Below are positions 47,250 through 54,571 of a stretch of 54,571 nt of DNA, one piece after another. The stretch's first letter is position 1. Each line of letters starts with the position of its first letter. Both the position numbers and the translations under genes were made by a program. Source of the DNA: Eubacteriales bacterium (GTDB taxonomy: Bacteria > Bacillota > Clostridia > Oscillospirales > CAG-272); the NCBI GenBank assembly GCA_045612865.1, contig JAZKZW010000089.1, positions 1-54,571 of the forward strand, read 5' to 3'. Under the pieces are notes generated by a model. That model searched no databases, was not told the DNA's origin, and was given only the letters and a program-made list of their open reading frames with translations.

Positions 47250-48374
47250 ATGGCTTCAGTAAAATTAACTAACGTTAAAAAGATATACGGCAAGAATACA
47301 GTTGCGGTTCAGGACTTCAACCTTGAGATTGCCGACAAAGAATTTGTAGTTTTCGTAGGTCCCTCCGGATGCGGTAAGTCCACAACTCTCCGTATGATCG
47401 CAGGTCTCGAAGACATCTCTGAAGGTACAGTTGAAATCGACGGCGTTGTTGTAAACGACCTTCAGCCTCGTGATCGTGATATCGCCATGGTATTCCAGAA
47501 CTATGCGCTTTATCCTCACCTTACAGTATTTGAAAACATGGCATTCAGCCTTAGACTTAAGAAGACTCCTCAGAAGGAAGTTTACAAGAAGGTTAAGGAA
47601 GCTGCTGAGGTTCTTGGTATTACCGAGTTCCTTACAAGAAAGCCCAGAGCTCTTTCCGGCGGTCAGCGTCAGAGAGTTGCTATCGGCCGTGCTATGGTTC
47701 GTGATTCCAAGGTATTCCTTATGGACGAACCTCTCTCCAACCTTGATGCTAAGCTTCGTAACCAGATGAGAGCTGAAATCATCCTTCTTCGTAAGAAGAT
47801 CGACACAACCTTCATTTATGTAACACACGACCAGACAGAGGCTATGACTCTCGGTGACCGTATCGTTATTATGAAGGACGGCTTCATCCAGCAGGTTGGT
47901 ACACCTACTGAGGTATTTGATATGCCTAAGAACCTCTTTGTTGCTGAGTTCATCGGCGCACCTAAGATGAATACATTCCGCACCAAGCTCGTTTACGAGG
48001 GCGGCAAGCACTATGTAACTCCTTACGGCGCAAAGGTTGCTGTTGACGGCGCAAAGGCAGAAATGCTCAAGGCTAGAAATATCGGTGGCGGCGATGTAGT
48101 TCTCGGTGTTCGTCCCGAGCATATCAAGCTTACTAACAGAAACAACCCTGCTGCAATTCCTTGCAAGATTGAGGTTAACGAAATGATGGGTAGCGAGCTT
48201 CACCTTCACGTTGTTACTTCCAACGGCGACAGACTTATCGTTCGTGTTCCCACTGTTACTCTTGATGATGGTATCAGAAACGCTCTCGTTTACGGTGCAA
48301 CAATTTATGTTACATTCGAGGGTAAGGTTATGCACTTCTTCGATCCTAAGTCCCAGAAGAACCTTCTTATCTGA
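47250..48374 (+). CDS. msmX: Sugar ABC ATPase (MsmX/MalK type)
   Basis: GPSGCGKST, VFQNYALYPH, LSGGQRQR, DEPLSNLDAKLR, GVRPE. Confidence 0.92.
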   Translation: MASVKLTNVKKIYGKNTVAVQDFNLEIADKEFVVFVGPSGCGKSTTLRMIAGLEDISEGTVEIDGVVVNDLQPRDRDIAMVFQNYALYPHLTVFENMAFSLRLKKTPQKEVYKKVKEAAEVLGITEFLTRKPRALSGGQRQRVAIGRAMVRDSKVFLMDEPLSNLDAKLRNQMRAEIILLRKKIDTTFIYVTHDQTEAMTLGDRIVIMKDGFIQQVGTPTEVFDMPKNLFVAEFIGAPKMNTFRTKLVYEGGKHYVTPYGAKVAVDGAKAEMLKARNIGGGDVVLGVRPEHIKLTNRNNPAAIPCKIEVNEMMGSELHLHVVTSNGDRLIVRVPTVTLDDGIRNALVYGATIYVTFEGKVMHFFDPKSQKNLLI

Positions 48375-48390
48375 TAATAATTTTAATTAT

Positions 48391-48431
48391 AAAATGGCAG
48401 CCCTGCTTTTTGGTGGGGTTGCTGTTTTTTT
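48391..48431 (+). terminator. Terminator of the sugar ABC operon
   Basis: ATGGCAGCCCTGC / GTGGGGTTGCTGT stem plus T run. Confidence 0.8.
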
Positions 48432-48765
48432 GTTCGTAGGCAAAATTAAAGTGGAAGCGCTGTAAAAACCGTTTTTCCAAAATCGAGCAAAAACCTAAAA
48501 AAATGCAAATATAAATTTACAAAAACGGCATTATTAGGCTGATTTTTCTGGATATTGGTTTTAGATTGTTTTTTTGTATTTTGTTTTTTTGGGTTATAAT
48601 CTTGATCATCTTTTGAGAAAAAAGTGAAAAAATGCAAAGGCTCGGATAAGTGAATTTACAAAACAATAAATAATTGTCAAAAAAATCTTAAAAACTATTG
48701 CAAAAGCGCAAAAATAATGATAAAATAAATAGAGTAATAATTATAAAATATTTTGGAGGAAAGAT

Positions 48766-49272
48766 ATGGGAATTTTAGAGCTTTTTAATAATGACGTTCT
48801 CATAGCCGCAGTTGCATCTTGGCTTATTGCTCAGATTGCGAAAATCATCATAAATGCTATCGTAACCAAAAGGTTTGACATAAAGAGACTTACCGGAGAC
48901 GGTGGTATGCCATCAGGTCACTCTGCCTTCGTTACCTCCGCTGCGCTGATGGCCGGCTTGACAGCAGGATTGGGTAGCCCTGTTTTTGGTATTGCGCTGG
49001 TTATCGCTATAGTTGTAATGCACGACGCTACAGGTGTTCGCCAGGAGGCAGGTAAGCACGCTATTTCTATCATTGAAATTGTAGATATGATAAACGAATA
49101 TTTGGAATATCTTTCCGAGCACGACAAAAAGATTAAGATCCAAAAGCTCAAGACCCTTGTGGGACACACCCATCTTCAGGTATTCTTCGGCGCGCTCACA
49201 GGTATTATCGTATCTGTACTCTATCTTCTTATTTTCGACAAATTCTACTTAATTACGAATCTTTTTAGCTAA
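48766..49272 (+). CDS. Divergent PAP2 family (DUF212) membrane protein
   Basis: GGMPSGHS, VMHDATGVR, LVGHT..QV..G. Confidence 0.9.
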   Translation: MGILELFNNDVLIAAVASWLIAQIAKIIINAIVTKRFDIKRLTGDGGMPSGHSAFVTSAALMAGLTAGLGSPVFGIALVIAIVVMHDATGVRQEAGKHAISIIEIVDMINEYLEYLSEHDKKIKIQKLKTLVGHTHLQVFFGALTGIIVSVLYLLIFDKFYLITNLFS

Positions 49273-49310
49273 TAAAATATAAAATACAATCCAAAAAGGA
49301 GAAAAACAAA

Positions 49311-50510
49311 ATGAAGGTTTTAGTTATTAACGCAGGTAGCTCATCTCTTAAGTTCCAGCTTATCGATATGGAAAACGAGGCTGTAATTGCAAAGGGTATT
49401 TGCGAGGAGATTGGCGGTAAGTCCAGATTTAAGTACACAGTTCCCGGCAAGGATACTTTTAAGGATACTCCCGATATGCCCAACCACGCAGTTGCACTCC
49501 AGCTCGTTCTTGATACTCTCGTTTCCGAGGATAAGGGCGTTATCGCAACCGTATCTGAAATTGGCGCAGTTGGTCACAGAGTAGTTCACGGTGGTGATAA
49601 GCTCTCCGGTTCTGTACTTGTTACTGACGAGGTTAAGGCTATTATCGAAGAGTGCTGTGACCTTGGCCCTCTCCACAACCCTGCAAACCTTAAGGGTATC
49701 GTTGAGTGCGAAAAGATCATGCCTGTTCCACAGGTAGCTGTATTTGATACATCCTTCCACCAGACAATGCCTGCAGCTTCTTATATGTACGCTCTTCCTT
49801 ATGAGTATTATGAAAAATATAAGATCCGTCGCTATGGCTTCCACGGTACATCTCACAAGTACGTTTCCCAGCGCGCTATCGATATGCTCGGCAAGCCTGC
49901 TGAAGAATGCAACATCGTAACATGCCATCTTGGTAACGGCGCTTCCTTTGCAGCTATCAAGGGTGGTAAGTGCTATGACACATCTATGGGCGTTACTCCT
50001 ACAGAGGGCGTTATGATGGGTACACGCTGTGGTTCTATCGACCCTGCTATCATTCCTTACCTTATGAGAAAGGGTGAGATCACCACTGCAGATGACGTTG
50101 ACAAGCTCCTTAACAAGAGATCCGGTATGCTTGGCGTTTGCGGTATTACCAGCGATAACCAGGAGATCGGCAACCTTGCAGCAGAGGGTAACGAGAGATG
50201 CCAGCTCACAGTTGATATGTATAAGCATCAGCTTTCTAAGTTCGTTGGCTCTTACATCACTTGTATGGGTGGCGCAGATGCTATCGTATTTACAGGTGGT
50301 ATCGGTGAAAACGCAGGCGAATACAGAACAGCAGTTTGCGAAAAGCTCGCATTCATGGGCGTTAAGATTGACGAAGCTAAGAATAAGATCAGAGGCGAGG
50401 AAGTTGAGATTTCTACACCTGATTCTACAATTAAGGTTTACGTTATTCCTACAAACGAGGAGCTTATGATCGCAAGAGATACTCTTGAAATCGTGAACGG
50501 TCTTAAATAA
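49311..50510 (+). CDS. ackA: Acetate kinase
   Basis: INAGSSSLK, GHRVVHGG, PLHN, FDTSFH, YGFHGTSH, HLGNG, FTGGIGEN, TNEELMIA. Confidence 0.97.
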   Translation: MKVLVINAGSSSLKFQLIDMENEAVIAKGICEEIGGKSRFKYTVPGKDTFKDTPDMPNHAVALQLVLDTLVSEDKGVIATVSEIGAVGHRVVHGGDKLSGSVLVTDEVKAIIEECCDLGPLHNPANLKGIVECEKIMPVPQVAVFDTSFHQTMPAASYMYALPYEYYEKYKIRRYGFHGTSHKYVSQRAIDMLGKPAEECNIVTCHLGNGASFAAIKGGKCYDTSMGVTPTEGVMMGTRCGSIDPAIIPYLMRKGEITTADDVDKLLNKRSGMLGVCGITSDNQEIGNLAAEGNERCQLTVDMYKHQLSKFVGSYITCMGGADAIVFTGGIGENAGEYRTAVCEKLAFMGVKIDEAKNKIRGEEVEISTPDSTIKVYVIPTNEELMIARDTLEIVNGLK

Positions 50511-50519
50511 TCAAAGTTA

Positions 50520-50549
50520 AAGTGGCCGTGCCGTAAGGTGTGGCCACTT
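50520..50549 (+). terminator. Hairpin after ackA (weak terminator or stabiliser)
   Basis: AAGTGGCCGTGCC-gtaa-GGTGTGGCCACTT; short U tract. Confidence 0.55.
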
Positions 50550-50586
50550 CTTGCAAAATATCGAAAAAGCGAGAAAAGCATTTAAT

Positions 50587-51090
50587 ATGTACGATGAATT
50601 AACCAAGGTTGACATACAAAAAATGGAGGAGGAGATACGCTATCGCAAGGTAACTCTTGCTCCGGCTCTGGGTGCAGAGCTTAAACGTACACGCGAATTT
50701 GGCGACCTTTCCGAAAATGCGGTATACAAGGAGGCCAAGCGCGAAAAGCGCAAGAACGAGAGCCGTATTCGCTATCTTGAAAATATGATAAGAACTGCAA
50801 AGGTTATCGATATTGACTCCAAGGAGGATCAGGTCTCCCTCTTTGACAAGGTGCTTATTTACAACGAAAAAATGGGCAAGGAAAAGGAGATCGAGATAGT
50901 TACAACCTTACGTCAAAATGCCCTTCTCGGCTATGTTTCAAAGGAGTCGCCTCTCGGAAGCGCTGTTATGGGAAAAAGGGTTGGCGACCGCGTTCTTGTT
51001 GAGGTAAATCCCACAATGTCCTATTATGTTGAGATCAGAAGGATTACAAAGGGTGAGGATAATACCGAGATCCCTATCAGCGGATTCTGA
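50587..51090 (+). CDS. greA: GreA/GreB-family transcription elongation factor
   Basis: GDLSENAVY acidic tip, SKESPLG..GKRVGD; start at ATG 50587 is uncertain. Confidence 0.88.
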   Translation: MYDELTKVDIQKMEEEIRYRKVTLAPALGAELKRTREFGDLSENAVYKEAKREKRKNESRIRYLENMIRTAKVIDIDSKEDQVSLFDKVLIYNEKMGKEKEIEIVTTLRQNALLGYVSKESPLGSAVMGKRVGDRVLVEVNPTMSYYVEIRRITKGEDNTEIPISGF

Positions 51091-51102
51091 TAAAGAAAGG
51101 AA

Positions 51103-53115
51103 ATGTCTGAAATGGCTACTGAAAAAAGAAAGCTAAAAATTTTTGATTATGATCCACGTCTTTTAGAGTTTGAATCGGATATTCAGCTCCGTATGGACAA
51201 TTATTATAACAAGAGAAGAGAGCTGGTTGGTGAGAAGGGTAAGCTTATCGACTTTGCCAACGCCCACGAGTATTTCGGCTTCCATAAGTATGAGGACGGC
51301 ACCTGGGTTTACAGAGAATGGGCGCCCGGCGCAGATGCGCTCTATCTTATCGGAGATATGAACGGTTGGGAACCAAGAGATCTTCGAATGAATCGCCTTG
51401 ATAATGGCGTTTTTGAGCTATATTTGCCAAGAGAGAAAAATCTATATCACGGTTGCCACGTAAAGGTTATGGTTGAGGGGGGCGGCAAATTTGTGGAGCG
51501 AATTCCCGTTTACGCAAAGAGAGTGGTACAGGACAAGGGAACATACGCTTGGTGCGCAGAGATTGTTGACCTTCCTACATACGAGTGGCAGAATGTTAAC
51601 TTCATTCCCGACAAAAAGGTGCTTATCTATGAATGTCATATAGGCATGGCGCAGGAAGAAGAAAAGGTTGGCAGCTATACAGAGTTCCGCGACAAGATAC
51701 TTCCTCGCATCAAGGAGCTTGGATATAACACAATTCAGATTATGGCTATTATGGAGCATCCTTATTACGGCTCCTTTGGCTATCAGGTTTCTTCCTTCTT
51801 TGCTGCTTCTTCACGCTATGGTGATGCAAATGAGCTTAAGAGCCTTATTGATACAGCCCACGGAATGGGTATTGCCGTTCTCCTTGACGTTGTTCACTCT
51901 CATGCTATAAAAAATCCCAATGAGGGTATATTTGAGTTTGATACAACCACCTACCAGTACTTCCACGATGGAGCAAAGGGTCATCACCCCGCTTGGGATA
52001 CAAAGCTCTTTAACTATAATAAAAATGAGGTGCTCCACTTCCTGCTCTCTAACCTTAAGTTCTGGATGACAGAGTATCATTTTGACGGCTTCCGCTTTGA
52101 CGGTGTAACATCTATGCTTTATCACGACCATGGTCTTGGCAAGGCGTTTACCAGCAATGCAGATTACTTCTCCCTTAACACAGATACAGAGGCTGTTACA
52201 TACCTCCAGCTTGCAAACGAGCTTATAAAGGAGGTAAATCCCCACGCTATCACTATTGCAGAGGATATGTCGGCTATGCCCGGTATGTGCATGAAGGTTA
52301 AGGAGGGCGGCTGTGGCTTTGATTTCCGTCTTGCTATGGGACTTCCTGACCTTTGGGTAAGAACTGTCAGAGATAAGCCCGAGGTTTACTGGGACGTTAG
52401 CTGGTTCTGGTGGGAGCTTATAAACCGCCGTCCCCACGAAAAGACTGTTGCATACGTTGAATCCCACGACCAGGCACTTGTTGGCGATAAGACAATGATA
52501 TTCCGCCTCTGCGATGCAGAAATGTACACAGGTATGAGAAAGGATAGCGGATCCGACGTTATCTTCAGGGGAATATCCCTTCACAAGATGTTCAGACTTC
52601 TTACATCAACAGCAGGTGGCGAGGGATATCTTAACTTTATGGGTAATGAGTTTGGTCATCCCGAATGGCTCGACTTCCCAAGAGATGGTAACGGATACAG
52701 CCACTATTACTGCCGCCGTCAATGGAGCCTTGTGGATAACCCCGAGCTTCAGTATGAGTATATGAATGAGTTTGACAAGGCTATGATTCACCTTATTAAG
52801 GATCACGGACTCCTTGGTAAAAAGGAAAAGTATGTAAAGCACGACCTTGATAGACAGGTTATTGTTTATAAGAGGGGCGACCTCCTCTTTGCCTTCAACT
52901 TCCATTCAAATAACTCTTATTCCGACTTTAAGGTTGAGGGTGTTGCAAGAGGAAAATATAAAACTATCCTTTCTACCGACTCTGCAAGATTTGGTGGACA
53001 CGAAAGAATTGCTCTGGATCAGGTATATAATGCAAGAAAGCTTGATACAGATAAAATAGGCTTTGAAATATATCTTCCTGCAAGATGCGCAGTAGTTTTA
53101 AAGGTTGAAAAATAA
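51103..53115 (+). CDS. glgB: 1,4-alpha-glucan branching enzyme (GH13_8-like)
   Basis: YREWAP, YECHIGM, EHPYYGSFGYQV, DGFRFDGVTSM, AEDMS, YVESHDQ, FMGNEFGHPEW. Confidence 0.95.
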   Translation: MSEMATEKRKLKIFDYDPRLLEFESDIQLRMDNYYNKRRELVGEKGKLIDFANAHEYFGFHKYEDGTWVYREWAPGADALYLIGDMNGWEPRDLRMNRLDNGVFELYLPREKNLYHGCHVKVMVEGGGKFVERIPVYAKRVVQDKGTYAWCAEIVDLPTYEWQNVNFIPDKKVLIYECHIGMAQEEEKVGSYTEFRDKILPRIKELGYNTIQIMAIMEHPYYGSFGYQVSSFFAASSRYGDANELKSLIDTAHGMGIAVLLDVVHSHAIKNPNEGIFEFDTTTYQYFHDGAKGHHPAWDTKLFNYNKNEVLHFLLSNLKFWMTEYHFDGFRFDGVTSMLYHDHGLGKAFTSNADYFSLNTDTEAVTYLQLANELIKEVNPHAITIAEDMSAMPGMCMKVKEGGCGFDFRLAMGLPDLWVRTVRDKPEVYWDVSWFWWELINRRPHEKTVAYVESHDQALVGDKTMIFRLCDAEMYTGMRKDSGSDVIFRGISLHKMFRLLTSTAGGEGYLNFMGNEFGHPEWLDFPRDGNGYSHYYCRRQWSLVDNPELQYEYMNEFDKAMIHLIKDHGLLGKKEKYVKHDLDRQVIVYKRGDLLFAFNFHSNNSYSDFKVEGVARGKYKTILSTDSARFGGHERIALDQVYNARKLDTDKIGFEIYLPARCAVVLKVEK

Positions 53116-53642
53116 TGATAAATACTCTAAAATATAAACTTGCATTGTCATTTGCCACCAAAAAGCACGAGGGACAAACGCGCAGAGGTGGAATACCATA
53201 CATTACGCACCCCGTAGCTGTGGCAGAAATGATGGAGCAAAAGGGGCTTAGAGAAGAATATATTTTAGCCGGTCTGTTTCACGATTTGCTGGAGGATACA
53301 GATGCCACAGAGGATGAAATACTCGCTATAGGTGGCAGAGAAGTTCTTTTGGCAGTTAAGCTTTTGACCAAAGAAAATGGCTACGTTATGAGCGAATATA
53401 TAGACGGCATAAAGAAAAATCCTATAGCCAGAGAGGTAAAGGCTGCAGACAGAATACACAATCTTTCCTGTGCTACAGTTTGCTCCGAGGAGTTTAAGCT
53501 TCGGTACATAAAGGAGAGTATTGACTGGTATTTGGACTTTTCTCCCGAGGTAGCGGTGGTGACAAGAAATCTGATTTCCACATTAGAGTCGCCTGATAGC
53601 ATCCCCGAGGAATATTACGCCAAGCTCAAAAATTTTGAATGA
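53115..53642 (+). CDS. Stand-alone RelA/SpoT-type HD hydrolase (Mesh1/SAH-like)
   Basis: HEGQTR, PYITHP, HDLLEDT, VKAADRIHNL. Confidence 0.85.
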   Translation: MINTLKYKLALSFATKKHEGQTRRGGIPYITHPVAVAEMMEQKGLREEYILAGLFHDLLEDTDATEDEILAIGGREVLLAVKLLTKENGYVMSEYIDGIKKNPIAREVKAADRIHNLSCATVCSEEFKLRYIKESIDWYLDFSPEVAVVTRNLISTLESPDSIPEEYYAKLKNFE

Positions 53643-53647
53643 TTTTT

Positions 53648-53677
53648 TAAACGGTTGGACAAGGCTCCAACCGTTTT
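53648..53677 (+). terminator. Rho-independent terminator
   Basis: AAACGGTTGGA / TCCAACCGTTT. Confidence 0.8.
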
Positions 53678-53770
53678 GCTTTTATAGGCAGTTTTAATAA
53701 CTTTAAATGATAAAACAGGCCAGAAGATTATAAAAAATGCAAAAAAATACCTCTACTTTTAAAAAACGGG

Positions 53771-53823
53771 TTGACAAATCCAAATTTTGGTGATATAATA
53801 TACTGCGGTTAGCAGAGGCTAAC
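53771..53823 (+). promoter_or_regulatory. feo promoter with DtxR-family metal-repressor box
   Basis: TTGACA-17-TATAAT (53771-53799); GTTAGC-AGAG-GCTAAC at 53808-53823. Confidence 0.82.
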
Positions 53824-53870
53824 TCCCAAAAGTGTGATAAAAAATAATATATATAAAGGAAGAGAAGATT

Positions 53871-54086
53871 ATGAATTTACGCGAAGCAGCCATTGGTCAG
53901 GAATATCTCATTTCAGAGATCAAGACCGGTGATGATGAGCTTGAAGCGTTCCTTTTCTCTCTCGGTTGCTACAAGGGCGAGGGAATAACCGTTGTATCCC
54001 GCAAAAAAAGTGGAATGGTTATCGCCATAAAGGACGCAAGATACCATATTGATAGCCGTCTTGGCGAAGCTATATCGGTATTTTGA
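53871..54086 (+). CDS. feoA: Ferrous iron transport protein A
   Basis: 71 aa, FLFSLGCYKGE, IKDARY; directly upstream of feoB. Confidence 0.9.
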   Translation: MNLREAAIGQEYLISEIKTGDDELEAFLFSLGCYKGEGITVVSRKKSGMVIAIKDARYHIDSRLGEAISVF

Positions 54087-54105
54087 CTGTTTTTATTTGC
54101 AACAC

Positions 54106-54123
54106 AGTTAGCCTATGCTAACT
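54106..54123. promoter_or_regulatory. Second DtxR-type box, between feoA and feoB
   Basis: AGTTAGC-CTAT-GCTAACT palindrome. Confidence 0.78.
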
Positions 54124-54167
54124 AGAACTATGTGGAATGTTTTTCACGAGATTTTAAGGAGAGAGAT

Positions 54168-54571
54168 ATGAGAATTGCTTTAGCAGGAAATCCCAATTCG
54201 GGCAAAACCACAATGTACAATGCCCTTACGGGAAGTAACGAAAAGGTGGGAAACTGGGCAGGTGTTACAGTTGATATAAAGTCCCACCCAATAAAGAAAA
54301 AGTTTTATGATGGAGAAGATGAGCTTATTATAGTCGATCTTCCGGGCGCTTACTCTATGTCGCCATTTACATCAGAGGAAAGCATTACAAGTGAATATGT
54401 TAAAAATGCAAATCCTGATGTTATTATTAATATTGTAGATGCTACAAATATCAGCCGTAGCTTGTTCTTCACTACACAGCTTCTTGAGCTTGGTGTTCCA
54501 ATGGTTGTTGCCCTCAACAAGAGCGATATTAACGCCAAAAAGCAAACAATTATTGACATAGAGCACCTTTC
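54168..54571 (+). CDS. feoB: Ferrous iron transporter FeoB, N-terminal GTPase domain (3'-truncated; absent from the ORF track)
   Basis: My translation: MRIALAGNPNSGKTT, GNWAGVTV, DLPG, NKSD; RBS AAGGAG. Confidence 0.95.
   Translation, partial: MRIALAGNPNSGKTTMYNALTGSNEKVGNWAGVTVDIKSHPIKKKFYDGEDELIIVDLPGAYSMSPFTSEESITSEYVKNANPDVIINIVDATNISRSLFFTTQLLELGVPMVVALNKSDINAKKQTIIDIEHL

Noticed and set aside
48432-48765. AT-rich 330-bp intergenic region as an sRNA or small ORF
   Set aside because: Low-complexity A/T tracts, no convincing structure, and the ORFs lack RBSs; explained as the DUF212-ackA promoter region (TTGCAA 48698, TAAAAT 48721).
54350-54566. Minus-strand small ORFs at the right edge
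   Set aside because: Antisense to the feoB GTPase domain.

Overview
Chromosomal window from a low-GC Gram-positive anaerobe, probably a Clostridia-like Bacillota (inferred from gene content and sigmaA promoters). It uses genetic code 11 (oppC ends in TGA). I see no rRNA, tRNA, CRISPR, phage or IS element. Left to right: the 3' part of an opp oligopeptide ABC operon with unusually enlarged subunits plus a DUF3899-like gene; a transglutaminase-like lipoprotein; csoR-copA with its operator; a Na/Pi cotransporter; a PlsC-like acyltransferase; a divergent TetR regulator beside a ~16 kb catabolic cluster; a MazG-like pyrophosphatase; PI-PLC; an ECF sigma with a beta-propeller partner; a galactan/alpha-glucan locus; then DUF212, ackA, greA, glgB, a Mesh1-like HD hydrolase and feoA-feoB (truncated) with DtxR-type boxes. 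The 16 kb cluster holds a MaoC (R)-hydratase, bcd-etfBA, thiolase, a NAD-type FabG/PhaB, an atypical KAS-III, a Liv-type ABC importer, a CoA-transferase, two alpha/beta-hydrolases (one a close Bacillus PhaZ look-alike) and coaX. It is the best candidate for an undescribed system and reads as an import-and-ferment pathway for PHB oligomers / (R)-3-hydroxybutyrate, preceded by three palindromes spaced exactly 62 bp apart. The second candidate is the unknown 601-aa protein with a Zn-ribbon partner inside the galactan locus. All family assignments come from motif recognition, not database searches.
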